Program-made: the position numbers and the translations under genes | Shown: positions 19,913 to 29,184 of the stretch, piece after piece | How positions within the stretch are numbered: the stretch's first letter is position 1 | Layout of the letters: each line of letters opens with the position of its first letter | NCBI GenBank assembly: GCA_049287205.1 | Contig: JBAQFJ010000001.1 | Location: 191,041-255,040 of the forward strand | From: Microgenomates group bacterium | Lineage (GTDB): Bacteria > Patescibacteriota > Microgenomatia > UBA10105 > UBA927 | Reading direction: 5' to 3' | DNA: 64,000 nt | The notes under the pieces: generated by a model | The model's database searches: none | Told to the model about the DNA's origin: nothing | Seen by the model: only the letters and a program-made list of their open reading frames with translations

Positions 19913-21091
19913 ATGAAACAAAAAACAACCGTACGGAAAATTGCAATTATATCCGCGTTACATTACGCGTGGTTTTGGGTGCCGATTTGGGTACTTTTTT
20001 ATCGGCGGTTTACCGATTACTCGGGTGTTGCAATGCTCGAAGCATTGTCGATGGGAGCATTTTTAGCAATGATTGTTCCCGGTGGGTTATTGGCTGATTA
20101 TATCGGAAGAAAACGATTACTTATCCTTGCAAGCATAGTCAATGCAATCGGTGCCACCATTGTTGGTTTTGCTGGTTCATTTACAGCTGTTGCAATCGGT
20201 ATCGGTATAATGAGTTTGTCTGGTGGACTCTTTACTACGTCTGTGGAGGCGCTTCTGTATGATTTTCTGAAAACGGAAAAGAGAGAAGAACAATATAAAA
20301 AGATATGGGGAAAAATGACAACTGTACGGATGCTGACTTGTGCTGCTGCAAGTTTGGTCGGGGGGTATATTTATAGTATTGATGTTCGACTTCCGTGGTT
20401 TGGTGTTGCGGTAGCGTCCTTTGCCGCCTTTTTTGTTGCCATAACACTTAAGGAGCCACGTATTGAAACCCCGCATGATTCATTCCCGCAATTTTTACGA
20501 GAGGCGGGGAAGGGAGTAACAGAGTTGTTCAGAAAATATGTTTGGAAAATCAGTATCCCGCTTCTGTTTATTGGTATATTTTTTACGACGGACTCATCAG
20601 GGATTTGGGATATTCAGGCAGTTGAATTTGGATTTTCCAGTCAAACACTGGGTGTGTTACTTACCGTAACCTATCTTTGTTTGGCTGTTGTGTCTTGGTA
20701 TGCGGCAAAAATAACGGCGAAATTGTCTTCGTTTGGAGGGATTCTCTTATTTGCCATTATTTGGGCAGTATTGTGGTTTGTTTCAGGGGTAACCGGAGGT
20801 GTTATCGGTGCAACGCTTTTGATTCTTCGTTCTTCGTTTTCAGTTGTTGCGGATATCCAAAGTTCTGGTGTGTGGAATAGTATGATTCCATCGCGAGTTC
20901 GGGCTACGACACTCTCAACAATCACCATCATTCGAGGACTACCGTATATTCTGGTTGCTGCAAATATCGGGATGGTCATCGATTCTGTCGGCATTCAATG
21001 GCTGATTCGTGCGTTTGCGATCCTGATGTTTATGTTGCTTCTCCCCACATGTGTTTGGTGGATACAAAAGGGAAGAAAGAGCACAGTGTGA
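19913..21091 (+). CDS. MFS-family transporter
   Basis: About 12 TM segments. The loop GRKRLLILASI lies between TM2 and TM3, as is typical of MFS transporters. Confidence 0.8.
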   Translation: MKQKTTVRKIAIISALHYAWFWVPIWVLFYRRFTDYSGVAMLEALSMGAFLAMIVPGGLLADYIGRKRLLILASIVNAIGATIVGFAGSFTAVAIGIGIMSLSGGLFTTSVEALLYDFLKTEKREEQYKKIWGKMTTVRMLTCAAASLVGGYIYSIDVRLPWFGVAVASFAAFFVAITLKEPRIETPHDSFPQFLREAGKGVTELFRKYVWKISIPLLFIGIFFTTDSSGIWDIQAVEFGFSSQTLGVLLTVTYLCLAVVSWYAAKITAKLSSFGGILLFAIIWAVLWFVSGVTGGVIGATLLILRSSFSVVADIQSSGVWNSMIPSRVRATTLSTITIIRGLPYILVAANIGMVIDSVGIQWLIRAFAILMFMLLLPTCVWWIQKGRKSTV

Positions 21092-21858
21092 CGTGCGGTT
21101 TATCGTATCCTTTTTTGTTAAAGAATAGGATGAAACGCACGAGGAACAAAACACAATAACAAATTACCCAACAAAGGGAGGAGAAGAAAAAGCCCTAAAA
21201 TTGGAGAATCATTATCGTGAATAGTCTATTCCTCGCCCCCAGTTGCGTTCATTCGCCGTTATGAATATGGATGAGTTGCCAGATAGCGCAGGAGTTGCTG
21301 CGTTTTAAACAGATACATATTTTAGTAAACCCGCGTGCTAATTTTTTGTTGGAGGATGAATTAGCTCTGTGCGGAAATGCTCCGGGCAATGGTGGAGTTG
21401 TTGTTTACTACAGCGATATTCTGTGAGAAGAAATTATTTACTCGCATTTTGGTTTTCTCCTGTTAGTGAACCGGTACGCCATAAGCGTCGTTCCGACAAA
21501 AATCCTGTTCTCTCTTTTGTGTTTACTCCGTGCGCCTCCTTTCCCTGCGTGTTTTTTGAAAAAACTACCGATAATATCTGGGTGCTCCCTTAGTACTAAT
21601 TTTATTCACCCAAAGAAGTTAGTAAGCTGCTAAACATACGCGTGTGTTATGTTCACCACCTTACTAACTTCCGATGTGAGAAATAGAAACATTTTGTTCC
21701 TCGTTTTTAAAGAGCTTGTATTGATCGCATCAAATATCGCAAAAGATAGTTGTGCAATATATAACTCCTCTCGTAATACATCTTTGTTTGTTTTCTTGTC
21801 AAGAGAGAAAGGGGTAGTAGTGAGGCAAAATCTTGTGGTACAATACGTCAGTGTTGAA

Positions 21859-21930
21859 GGGTGACTAGTTCATCGGTAGAACGCTTTCCTGATAAGAAAG
21901 AGGCGGATGGTCCGACTCCATCGTCACCCA
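21859..21930 (+). tRNA. tRNA-Ile (GAT), candidate
   Basis: Hand-folded. Acceptor GGGTGAC pairs with GTCACCC. The D-arm is canonical (A14, G18, G19). The anticodon loop CTGATAA gives anticodon GAT. T-stem GATGG pairs with CCATC. The T-loop TCCGACT has C at position 55 instead of U. Confidence 0.65.
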
Positions 21931-21982
21931 CACTTCGTTCGCCCGTTGGCGAACTACGCGTGGCAAGCCACATTGTATACCT

Positions 21983-22555
21983 ATGATTTTATCTGACGGT
22001 GATATCAGAAAAGCGTTGGTTGAAAAACGGATTGTTATTGATCCGTCCCCGAATTTTGAAACACAACTCGGTTCCTGTTCCATTGATTTTCGGCTTGGAA
22101 CAAAATTTCGTGTATTCAATCACAGCAAAGTTGCGCTCATTGACACCAATAACCCGAATGTTACGAGTGATCTGATGACGGAAGTGGAAGTTAAAGACGG
22201 GGAGCCGTTTATTTTACAGCCGGGTGATTTTGTTCTCGCAACAACCATGGAAACATTAACGATGCCAAACAATTTACTTGCACGGCTTGAGGGTCGTTCG
22301 AGTTTGGGAAGACTTGGTCTTGTGGTTCATTCCACCGCCTCTGTATTTGATCCGGGGTGGCATGGGGTAGCGGTTTTGGAACTTGGAAACCTTGGAAGAA
22401 TGCCGATTGCACTTTACAGCGGTATGCGTATCTGTTCATTTACGTTTGAGGAACTCACTTCGGATTCAGAACACCCGTATCTTACACGAAAATCTGCAAA
22501 ATATAAAAATCAGAATGCGCCAGTAGTCTCTCAGATCGCACGAGACCTCGAATAA
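21983..22555 (+). CDS. dcd: dCTP deaminase
   Basis: MILSDGDIRKAL...PGWHG...is typical of Dcd. Length is 190 aa. Confidence 0.9.
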   Translation: MILSDGDIRKALVEKRIVIDPSPNFETQLGSCSIDFRLGTKFRVFNHSKVALIDTNNPNVTSDLMTEVEVKDGEPFILQPGDFVLATTMETLTMPNNLLARLEGRSSLGRLGLVVHSTASVFDPGWHGVAVLELGNLGRMPIALYSGMRICSFTFEELTSDSEHPYLTRKSAKYKNQNAPVVSQIARDLE

Positions 22556-22564
22556 TCAGTCTTC

Positions 22565-24328
22565 TTATTTTACTGTCACACTTTTTGCCAAGTTCCTTGG
22601 TTTATCTGGATCTAAATGTTTGGAAAGTGTCAGATAGTAGGCAAGCAACTGTCCTGCGATAATGTTTGGGATGATGGTCGCCGTGCCCGCATCTGCTACT
22701 TCAATGTACGCATCAAATATTGTATTTGGTTTGTACGAAATACCGATGATGAATCCTCCGCGTGCTTTCATTTCCATTGCCGCTGCGAGGTTTGCTCCAT
22801 ATGTTTCATCGTTTGGTAAAAAGACGATGCATGGTGTGTTTTTTTCAATTAAGGCGATAGGTCCGTGTTTTAGCTCACCTGCTGCAAGACCCTCCGCATG
22901 AATATAGCTTATTTCTTTTATTTTCATTGCAGTTTCGAGTGCCGCAGGATATGAGGTACCGCGACCGACGACAAATAATTGCTTGTTTTCCTTAAGTTTT
23001 TCTGCAAGTGTTTTTATTGCGGCAAGTGATGTTGGTTCAAGTAATTTTTTGATTCCGCATGTTGCAGCAGTTAACACTTTTTTCCCTTCATCTAAATTCC
23101 CTGCGAGATCATATGCAGTCAAGAGAAGGATGCCAAGTTTTGTTGTCATGTCTTTTGTTGAGGCAACAGATATCTCAGGTCCTGCACCACATTGCACCTT
23201 GATATCGGATAATCGCCACAATGTTGATCCGTAGACATTGACGATGCTCGCAACTACCGCCTTGTGCGTTGCACCGCGTTTGACCGCATCGATGATATCC
23301 ATGGTTTCACCTGACTGCGAGAGCCCGATGAGAAGCGACTTATCATTTAGAAATTCTTCCTGATACGTAAATTCACTGGCAACACAGGCGTTGATATGTC
23401 GTTTGGCAATGCTAGAGAATAGGTAGGTACCAGCAAGACATGCGTAGTACGCACTTCCACAGCCGATAAGATACGTTCCGCGTGCGCTAGTTATTGCAGT
23501 TGCCAGTGTGTGTATATCATCACGGGTGAGCAATTCCTCCAGTATTGTCGGCTGCTCATGGATTTCTTTTTCCATGAACGTTGCATAGCCGTTTTTTTCC
23601 GCTGCGGTTACATTCCACGTTAATAGCGTTGGTTGTATGTCTTTTTTTTTGCCAGTGATTGCGTCAAATATTGTAATTGACTCGTCCGTTAACACTGCCA
23701 TTTCATTATCCTCCAAGAAATGCACTTTTTTGGTGTAGGGCAAAAGTCCTGCTGCATCGCTTGCGACGAATTGTTCGTTGTCTCCGTAGCCAACAACGAG
23801 TGGAGAACCGTTTCTAATTGCGACAATCTGCCGCTCTCCATTTTTGATTGCGATGATGGCATTGGAGCCGGTAAATTGTAAAAATGTTGTTCTGACACTT
23901 TCTACAAACGGCATGGTTTTGACTGCATCTTCAATCATGTGCGACGCAACCTCACTGTCTGTCTCCGACACAAATGTATGTTTGGTACGGAGTGCAGTTT
24001 TGAATGGTTCATAATTCTCAATGATTCCGTTGTGAATCACGGCAATGTTTTTTGTGCAATCTGCGTGCGGATGCGCATTTTCTTTCGTGACGCCTCCATG
24101 TGTTGCCCAGCGGGTATGCCCAAATGCAAGGGAGCTGTCTGGCATGCTATCAACCGTGGCATTGCCGATTTTTCCGATCTGTTTTTCGATCACTATTCCT
24201 TTGGCACCATCTGGTATTGCAGCAACGCCCCAACTGTCATATCCTCGGTATTCAAGGGTTTTGAGACCGGTTAATACGAGTTTTTGTGCATCAGTTCGTT
24301 TTCCAATGTATCCAAAAATTCCACACAT
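22565..24328 (-). CDS. glmS: Glutamine--fructose-6-phosphate aminotransferase
   Basis: The N-terminus MCGIFGYIG (Cys2 nucleophile), two SIS domains and a C-terminal ...KSVTVK are present. The start is set at the MCGIF methionine. Confidence 0.95.
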   Translation of the reverse strand: MCGIFGYIGKRTDAQKLVLTGLKTLEYRGYDSWGVAAIPDGAKGIVIEKQIGKIGNATVDSMPDSSLAFGHTRWATHGGVTKENAHPHADCTKNIAVIHNGIIENYEPFKTALRTKHTFVSETDSEVASHMIEDAVKTMPFVESVRTTFLQFTGSNAIIAIKNGERQIVAIRNGSPLVVGYGDNEQFVASDAAGLLPYTKKVHFLEDNEMAVLTDESITIFDAITGKKKDIQPTLLTWNVTAAEKNGYATFMEKEIHEQPTILEELLTRDDIHTLATAITSARGTYLIGCGSAYYACLAGTYLFSSIAKRHINACVASEFTYQEEFLNDKSLLIGLSQSGETMDIIDAVKRGATHKAVVASIVNVYGSTLWRLSDIKVQCGAGPEISVASTKDMTTKLGILLLTAYDLAGNLDEGKKVLTAATCGIKKLLEPTSLAAIKTLAEKLKENKQLFVVGRGTSYPAALETAMKIKEISYIHAEGLAAGELKHGPIALIEKNTPCIVFLPNDETYGANLAAAMEMKARGGFIIGISYKPNTIFDAYIEVADAGTATIIPNIIAGQLLAYYLTLSKHLDPDKPRNLAKSVTVK

Positions 24329-24679
24329 ATACGTATCTCCTTTTAAAAAATGAAGTGCTTGTTTTGTACTATTTGTGAAGCAACTCTCATGGATTGCTCT
24401 TTGTGCTTTTGTTGCCAAAAGATTTAAAACAATCGTTTTGGAAGAGAGTATTCCAAAGGGTTTCCGCTGATACTCTATAGAAGTATTCTATAGGTCCGAA
24501 TTTCGGCTATGCCGAACCCTTTTCCTCGTTATCCCACATAGTGGGACCATGCGCTCTTTTGTTTTTTTTGCTTCTCTTTGCTCCTTTCTTTGTCTATCAT
24601 ATGGTGTCTGTCTTGGACTGTCAAACTATTTGACAAATTGTAAAAAACAAGGAATAGTAGATAGTAAGGAGAAATTATT

Positions 24680-25141
24680 ATGAAAAAATCTGCTGCAATA
24701 GGTCATTCACAAGACCACGTAAAACCTTTTATTGTTGCTATAGGTATTGCCTTCACGTTTTTAGCACTTGTGGTCATCTACGTCGCATTTACCAAAGGCG
24801 GACTTGATATTCGAAGCCGTGCATCAGATTGTCCCGCAGCAACATATAACATAAAAACGAAAAAATACACCTGTTCCAGCGGAGTACTTCAAGGGAAGAA
24901 ATGTTGTCCTGCAAAAACAAATTTACAAAAAGCGCCAGCTGGAATGACAAAAAAATTAACGCCTACGCCGACATTTAGTATGAAAATGACTTCTACGACA
25001 ACGACTCCTGTTCCTGGAAGGTGTTGTCCAAAAGTGAATACGACATATGCAAAAAATACCTGTAATGGTGCCAGTAAAACAGCATGTACTAATAATCTAC
25101 GGTATTGCATGTGGACAACCGTCGCGTATTGTAGTTTTTAA
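24680..25141 (+). CDS. Small cysteine-rich, membrane-anchored or secreted protein
   Basis: Strong SD aaggag. N-terminal TM helix. There are 12 Cys, including the CC pairs KCCPAK and RCCPKV. The protein is Thr/Pro-rich. Confidence 0.6.
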   Translation: MKKSAAIGHSQDHVKPFIVAIGIAFTFLALVVIYVAFTKGGLDIRSRASDCPAATYNIKTKKYTCSSGVLQGKKCCPAKTNLQKAPAGMTKKLTPTPTFSMKMTSTTTTPVPGRCCPKVNTTYAKNTCNGASKTACTNNLRYCMWTTVAYCSF

Positions 25142-25173
25142 TTGTTTTGCCCGACAATAAACTAGGTGTTGGA

Positions 25174-25812
25174 ATGGTGAAATATCGACAGCATCATACA
25201 TATATATCTGTCATGGGCACGATGGGAAGCGGAAAAACAACCGCCGCCCGATTGCTTGCAAAGTCTTTGAAATTCAAGCTTCTTGAAGAAAATTTCGGGG
25301 AAAATGCGTTTCTTTCCCGTTTTTATGGTGATATGAAGCGGTGGGCGTTCCATTCACAGACATTTTTTCTTATGGAAAAAATACATCAGATGATGGATAC
25401 ATGTGCGCTTCTTGCAAAACATTCCATTATTCAGGATACGCCGATTCAGCAGGACGCATTTTCGTACGCAAAAGCGCAGCATGTGCTTGGGAATATTGAT
25501 GATGCGGAATGGAAACTGTACCAGAAAATTTATTTTTCGTTTGAATCGCAATTTCCTAAACCTGATTGCATCGTGTATCTTGAAACATCACTTCCTGCCA
25601 TTGCCAAACGAATTGCTTCCCGCGGACGGGGATATGAACAAAAAATCCCTGAAAATTATCTTGAGCTTCTGGATATGCTAAACCATAAGTGGCTTACGGA
25701 ACAAAAGGATATTCCTGTAGTAACGATTCAGACAGATGGTTTAAATATTGTAACGAGCATGAAAGCACAGAAACAATTTCTTGCTGTGGTGAGAAAACAA
25801 TGTAGGTTGTAA
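25174..25812 (+). CDS. Deoxynucleoside kinase (dCK/dGK/dAK family)
   Basis: P-loop VMGTMGSGKTT is present. FLSRFYGDMKRWAFHSQ is typical of the dNK family. Confidence 0.8.
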   Translation: MVKYRQHHTYISVMGTMGSGKTTAARLLAKSLKFKLLEENFGENAFLSRFYGDMKRWAFHSQTFFLMEKIHQMMDTCALLAKHSIIQDTPIQQDAFSYAKAQHVLGNIDDAEWKLYQKIYFSFESQFPKPDCIVYLETSLPAIAKRIASRGRGYEQKIPENYLELLDMLNHKWLTEQKDIPVVTIQTDGLNIVTSMKAQKQFLAVVRKQCRL

Positions 25813-25824
25813 GATACAAGATAT

Positions 25825-26478
25825 ATGGATGAACGATTTTCTGTTGTGAAAGTGCTTGTGTGGGACATTGATGGCACGTTGTATCCGCCGCACAAGGAAT
25901 TGTTTCATATGATCCGTGAAAGCGAATATAAAACCATCATGCATCATACAGGCTGGGATAAAGAGAAAGCGATGGAAGAGTTTGCCAAACTGCATAAGAA
26001 AACAATTCAAAGTGCAACGGAAGTGGTTGCCGTATTGAGTGGCAGGACTATTGCAGAAGTGGCGGTTGAATCGGAAACCTATTTTGACCGCAGAGATTTT
26101 ATACTAAAGGATGAACGTTTACCTCAATTGTTTACAAAACTTTCCAGTTACACGCATGTTACGCTTGGAAACGGATCTTTAGTGAAACAGAAAGAAACAC
26201 TCGTGTATCTCGGTTTAGACCTTTCACTGTTTTCTTTGTTTGTGACGGCAGAAACCGTTGGATTTACCAAGCCAAATCCCGCAGGTTTTCAGTATGTGCT
26301 CGCGCATACAGGATTTCCTCCAGAAGCACATATGATGATTGGAGATCGGGAAAAAGTGGATTTGGTTCCCGCTCACACGCTGGGCATGAAAACATGTCTA
26401 ATAGGAGAGGCTCCATCCGACACCATTGCAGACCTTGTCATTCCGACACTCTATGATATTGAAAGGAGTCTTGTATGA
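25825..26478 (+). CDS. HAD-superfamily hydrolase (possible nucleotidase)
   Basis: Motif I is WDIDGTL. Motif IV is IGDREKVD. Confidence 0.75.
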   Translation: MDERFSVVKVLVWDIDGTLYPPHKELFHMIRESEYKTIMHHTGWDKEKAMEEFAKLHKKTIQSATEVVAVLSGRTIAEVAVESETYFDRRDFILKDERLPQLFTKLSSYTHVTLGNGSLVKQKETLVYLGLDLSLFSLFVTAETVGFTKPNPAGFQYVLAHTGFPPEAHMMIGDREKVDLVPAHTLGMKTCLIGEAPSDTIADLVIPTLYDIERSLV

Positions 26479-27071
26479 ATACAGGTAAATTGATCGTGTT
26501 TGAAGGAGTAAGCGGTACAGGAAAAGAGACGCAAGCAAAATTACTTCAAACGTATTTAGCCAAGCAGCAGATCACATCAAGCATAGTATTTCATCCGACG
26601 CCGGATTTAAAAGAAGTGTTGTCATTGTGGCGGAAAACGCGATCAATTGATGCAACAACAGAATTTTATCTTCTTCTTGCCGACCGATATGATCGTGTTT
26701 CACAGGTTATTCAACCGGCCCTTGATCGAGGGGAATGGGTGATAAGCCTTCGAAATTATGTGAGTGCGCTCGTGTATCAGGCAAAAACACCGGAAGAACG
26801 GAAATGGATGAAGGAAGAATTTTTCCGATTCGAACCGAATCCTGATGGATTATTTCATTTTGACATTACTCCTGAGGCGGCGCTCAAACGAATTATGGAA
26901 CGGCATGAAAAAACGGGAGAGGCGATTGGGAAATTTGAAAACCCGAAAGCGCTTGAGGAAAAACGTGCAAAATTTATAGAAGTTATGCGTGATATTGATC
27001 ACGTTGCAATTGACGCAAGTCTATCCATTGAATATATTCATAAAAAAATCATTGCATCCATACATATTTAG
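26475..27071 (+). CDS. Thymidylate-kinase-like paralog (divergent)
   Basis: IVFEGVSGTGKETQ and LLLADRYDRVSQVIQPALDRGEWVIS align with the TMK core. The TREPGGT block is missing. Confidence 0.7.
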   Translation: MNTGKLIVFEGVSGTGKETQAKLLQTYLAKQQITSSIVFHPTPDLKEVLSLWRKTRSIDATTEFYLLLADRYDRVSQVIQPALDRGEWVISLRNYVSALVYQAKTPEERKWMKEEFFRFEPNPDGLFHFDITPEAALKRIMERHEKTGEAIGKFENPKALEEKRAKFIEVMRDIDHVAIDASLSIEYIHKKIIASIHI

Positions 27072-27130
27072 ATTTTTTGATCTCTTTGGTTTTTGATTTA
27101 CGCATGGTAGTATACTTTTTATTGTGACCT

Positions 27131-27775
27131 ATGAGAAACGGATTTTTTATTACATTTGAGGGGGGAGAAGGAGCAGGAAAATCCATGCAAGTTGAAATTC
27201 TTGCATGTCATCTTCGAGAAGTTGGCTATAAAATCACCGTAACCCGTGAACCAGGAGGCACGCGAATTGGAGAACAAATCCGTGCAATTACGCACAGCAG
27301 AGAAAACGTAGATCTGAATGAAAAAGCGGAAAGCTATCTGATGGCAGCAGCTCGTGCACAACACGTTGCTGAAACCATTATGCCTGCACTTGAGACGAAT
27401 AGAATTGTGATCTGTGATCGATTTGTGGATTCTTCCATTGTGTATCAGGGGTTTGGGCGAAATTTAGGTGCGGATAAAATTGCTTCCTTAAACGAAATGG
27501 CGGTGAATGGCGCAACACCTGATCTTACATTTCTTCTTGATATTGACCCTGCGATCGGTGCTAAACGCCAACAGGAAAAAAAGAATAAAGATCGGTTAGA
27601 TATGCAGCAGGAAGATTTTTATACGCGTGTTCGGAACGGCTATCAAACACTGGTGAGGAAAAATAAAAAACGATTTGTGGTGATCGACGCCAATCAATCA
27701 ATCGAAAAAATCGCAACAAAAATATGGCAGGTGGTACAAAAAAAGATTGGTACGACTGAGTATGAAAAAAAATAA
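27131..27775 (+). CDS. tmk: Thymidylate kinase
   Basis: FITFEGGEGAGKS, TREPGGT and CDRFVDSSIVYQG are canonical TMK motifs. Confidence 0.9.
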   Translation: MRNGFFITFEGGEGAGKSMQVEILACHLREVGYKITVTREPGGTRIGEQIRAITHSRENVDLNEKAESYLMAAARAQHVAETIMPALETNRIVICDRFVDSSIVYQGFGRNLGADKIASLNEMAVNGATPDLTFLLDIDPAIGAKRQQEKKNKDRLDMQQEDFYTRVRNGYQTLVRKNKKRFVVIDANQSIEKIATKIWQVVQKKIGTTEYEKK

Positions 27776-28355
27776 TACAAAAAAAGGGATTCCTGGCAAA
27801 TTAACCGTTATCGCAGGGCCAATGTTTGCGGGAAAAACAACGAAATTACTCACCATATTTCGTGTTCTGTCGGATTTAGGATTTAGCGTGTTATGTTTTA
27901 AAGCTGAGGCGAATAGCAACGGGGGTATGGGGCACACAAAGTCTCATGATGAACGGCCTCTTGCAGTTATCTATATTGATATGGATAAACCGGAACGCAT
28001 TTTGGACTATGTAGGAGAGCAGGGAATTCAAAAAGTTATTATCGATGCGATTCATTTTTTCCCGAAAGTCGGGTTTGAAAAGACAGTGGATAAACTCCTT
28101 GCAAAAGGCATTGATGTATATTTGAACGGCCTTATCTATGATTATCGAAAAAAAGAATACGGTGCAACACGCGCGCTCATGAATAAAGCAGATGAATGTT
28201 TGGAGCTTTTTTCCATCTGCGTTCGCTGCGGATCAAAAGCGATGCATTCCGAACGGGTTTCCGGAGGGACGCAACTTTCCATAGGTACAACGAGTACTAA
28301 AAAAGCAGAATATATTCCCGTCTGCGCTTCCTGCCACAAACTCTATCAAGGATGA
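27762..28355 (+). CDS. tdk: Thymidine kinase
   Basis: P-loop AGPMFAGKTT is present, with a C-terminal zinc ribbon CVRCGS...CASCH. It overlaps the tmk end. Confidence 0.9.
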   Translation: MKKNNTKKGIPGKLTVIAGPMFAGKTTKLLTIFRVLSDLGFSVLCFKAEANSNGGMGHTKSHDERPLAVIYIDMDKPERILDYVGEQGIQKVIIDAIHFFPKVGFEKTVDKLLAKGIDVYLNGLIYDYRKKEYGATRALMNKADECLELFSICVRCGSKAMHSERVSGGTQLSIGTTSTKKAEYIPVCASCHKLYQG

Positions 28356-28372
28356 ATCTGCAAACGAGAGAC

Positions 28373-29146
28373 ATGATTATTGTGACAGGGCCTTCTGCTT
28401 CAGGGAAAACCAAAGCGTTAAGTATTCTTCGGGCTATTATCCCTAATGAATATGAATTTCCTTATGAACCTGTTCCACTTTCAGATTCACATACAATTCT
28501 AAAACAAGTACGTGAAGATGATAGGTCGGGAGGACACAATCATTATCATCCATGGGAGGGTGGTGGGCTAGGGCATACGCATGAGCAGCATGATGGAATT
28601 ACCCCCTTTACCCTTGCAGGGAAATCTATCGGATTTAACTTTATGAGAGATTTTTTTGTAGCGCTCAAAGAGCTACCTCATGATGGGAAAATCAAATGCG
28701 CAGAATGGTCTGGTGGAAGAAATGGAAATGAACCAGAAGATCCTGCTTCAAGAACAGATATTGCGTTTTCGACAATTGTGGAACAACTGAAAACGTGGCC
28801 ATCAGAGGGTTTGGATCGAGTGATGGGAATATTACATATTTCTACTGATCGTGATATTCGGTTTTCCCAAAATAAAAGAAGAAGTACACCAACTGATGAA
28901 CAAATTCGTTTAGGACTTGCATCATGGGAATTATCACCAACAGCAATGCTAATTTTTGATAAAGATGATTTTCCATCACCTCTGGTGTGGCAGTATCTTG
29001 GATGTGAGCATCATATTCCATTTATGAGGACGATTTTTAATGATGGAAAAGACTCATTGGAAACAGGAATCCGCGCTGCACTTCCTCGAATGTTTGAAAT
29101 AGGTATGGGGAAGGAAATGGGAAAGTCTTACGGTAAAGAACGGTAA
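28373..29146 (+). CDS. Uncharacterised P-loop NTPase or kinase with a His-rich segment
   Basis: Walker A MIIVTGPSASGKT is present. His-rich segment GGHNHYHPWEGGGLGHTHEQHDG follows. No family was recognised. An alternative start is at 28352. Confidence 0.6.
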   Translation: MIIVTGPSASGKTKALSILRAIIPNEYEFPYEPVPLSDSHTILKQVREDDRSGGHNHYHPWEGGGLGHTHEQHDGITPFTLAGKSIGFNFMRDFFVALKELPHDGKIKCAEWSGGRNGNEPEDPASRTDIAFSTIVEQLKTWPSEGLDRVMGILHISTDRDIRFSQNKRRSTPTDEQIRLGLASWELSPTAMLIFDKDDFPSPLVWQYLGCEHHIPFMRTIFNDGKDSLETGIRAALPRMFEIGMGKEMGKSYGKER

Positions 29147-29184
29147 GAAATAATGCCCTTTTCCTGCTATAGTTAAATAATACT

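Noticed and set aside
19699-20097. 132-aa + ORF, and the antisense 19710..19946 ORF, covering the tRNA-Cys region
   Set aside because: They overlap a well-folded tRNA gene, its GC-rich upstream stem and its terminator. They show no protein-like features. The sequence is better explained as RNA.
21092-21858. Search for RNase P RNA, tmRNA, SRP RNA or 6S RNA in the gene-free stretch
   Set aside because: None of the signature blocks I know was seen by eye: GGAAAGTCCGG for the P4 helix, a GGTTCGA...CCACCA 3' end for tmRNA, GGAAGCAGCC for SRP RNA. Only a covariance-model search can settle this.
21369-22119. ORFs 21369..21593 (+), 21649..21864 (+) and 21865..22119 (-) in the long non-coding segment
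   Set aside because: They have no recognisable motifs and atypical composition. The last overlaps the tRNA-Ile-like gene and the dcd start. They are treated as chance ORFs.
24329-24679. A possible glmS ribozyme in the glmS 5' UTR
   Set aside because: The reverse complement lacks the conserved glmS ribozyme core blocks. Only small palindromes are present (CTATAGAAgtaTTCTATAG, ccgaatttcgg). The region more likely holds divergent promoters or operators.
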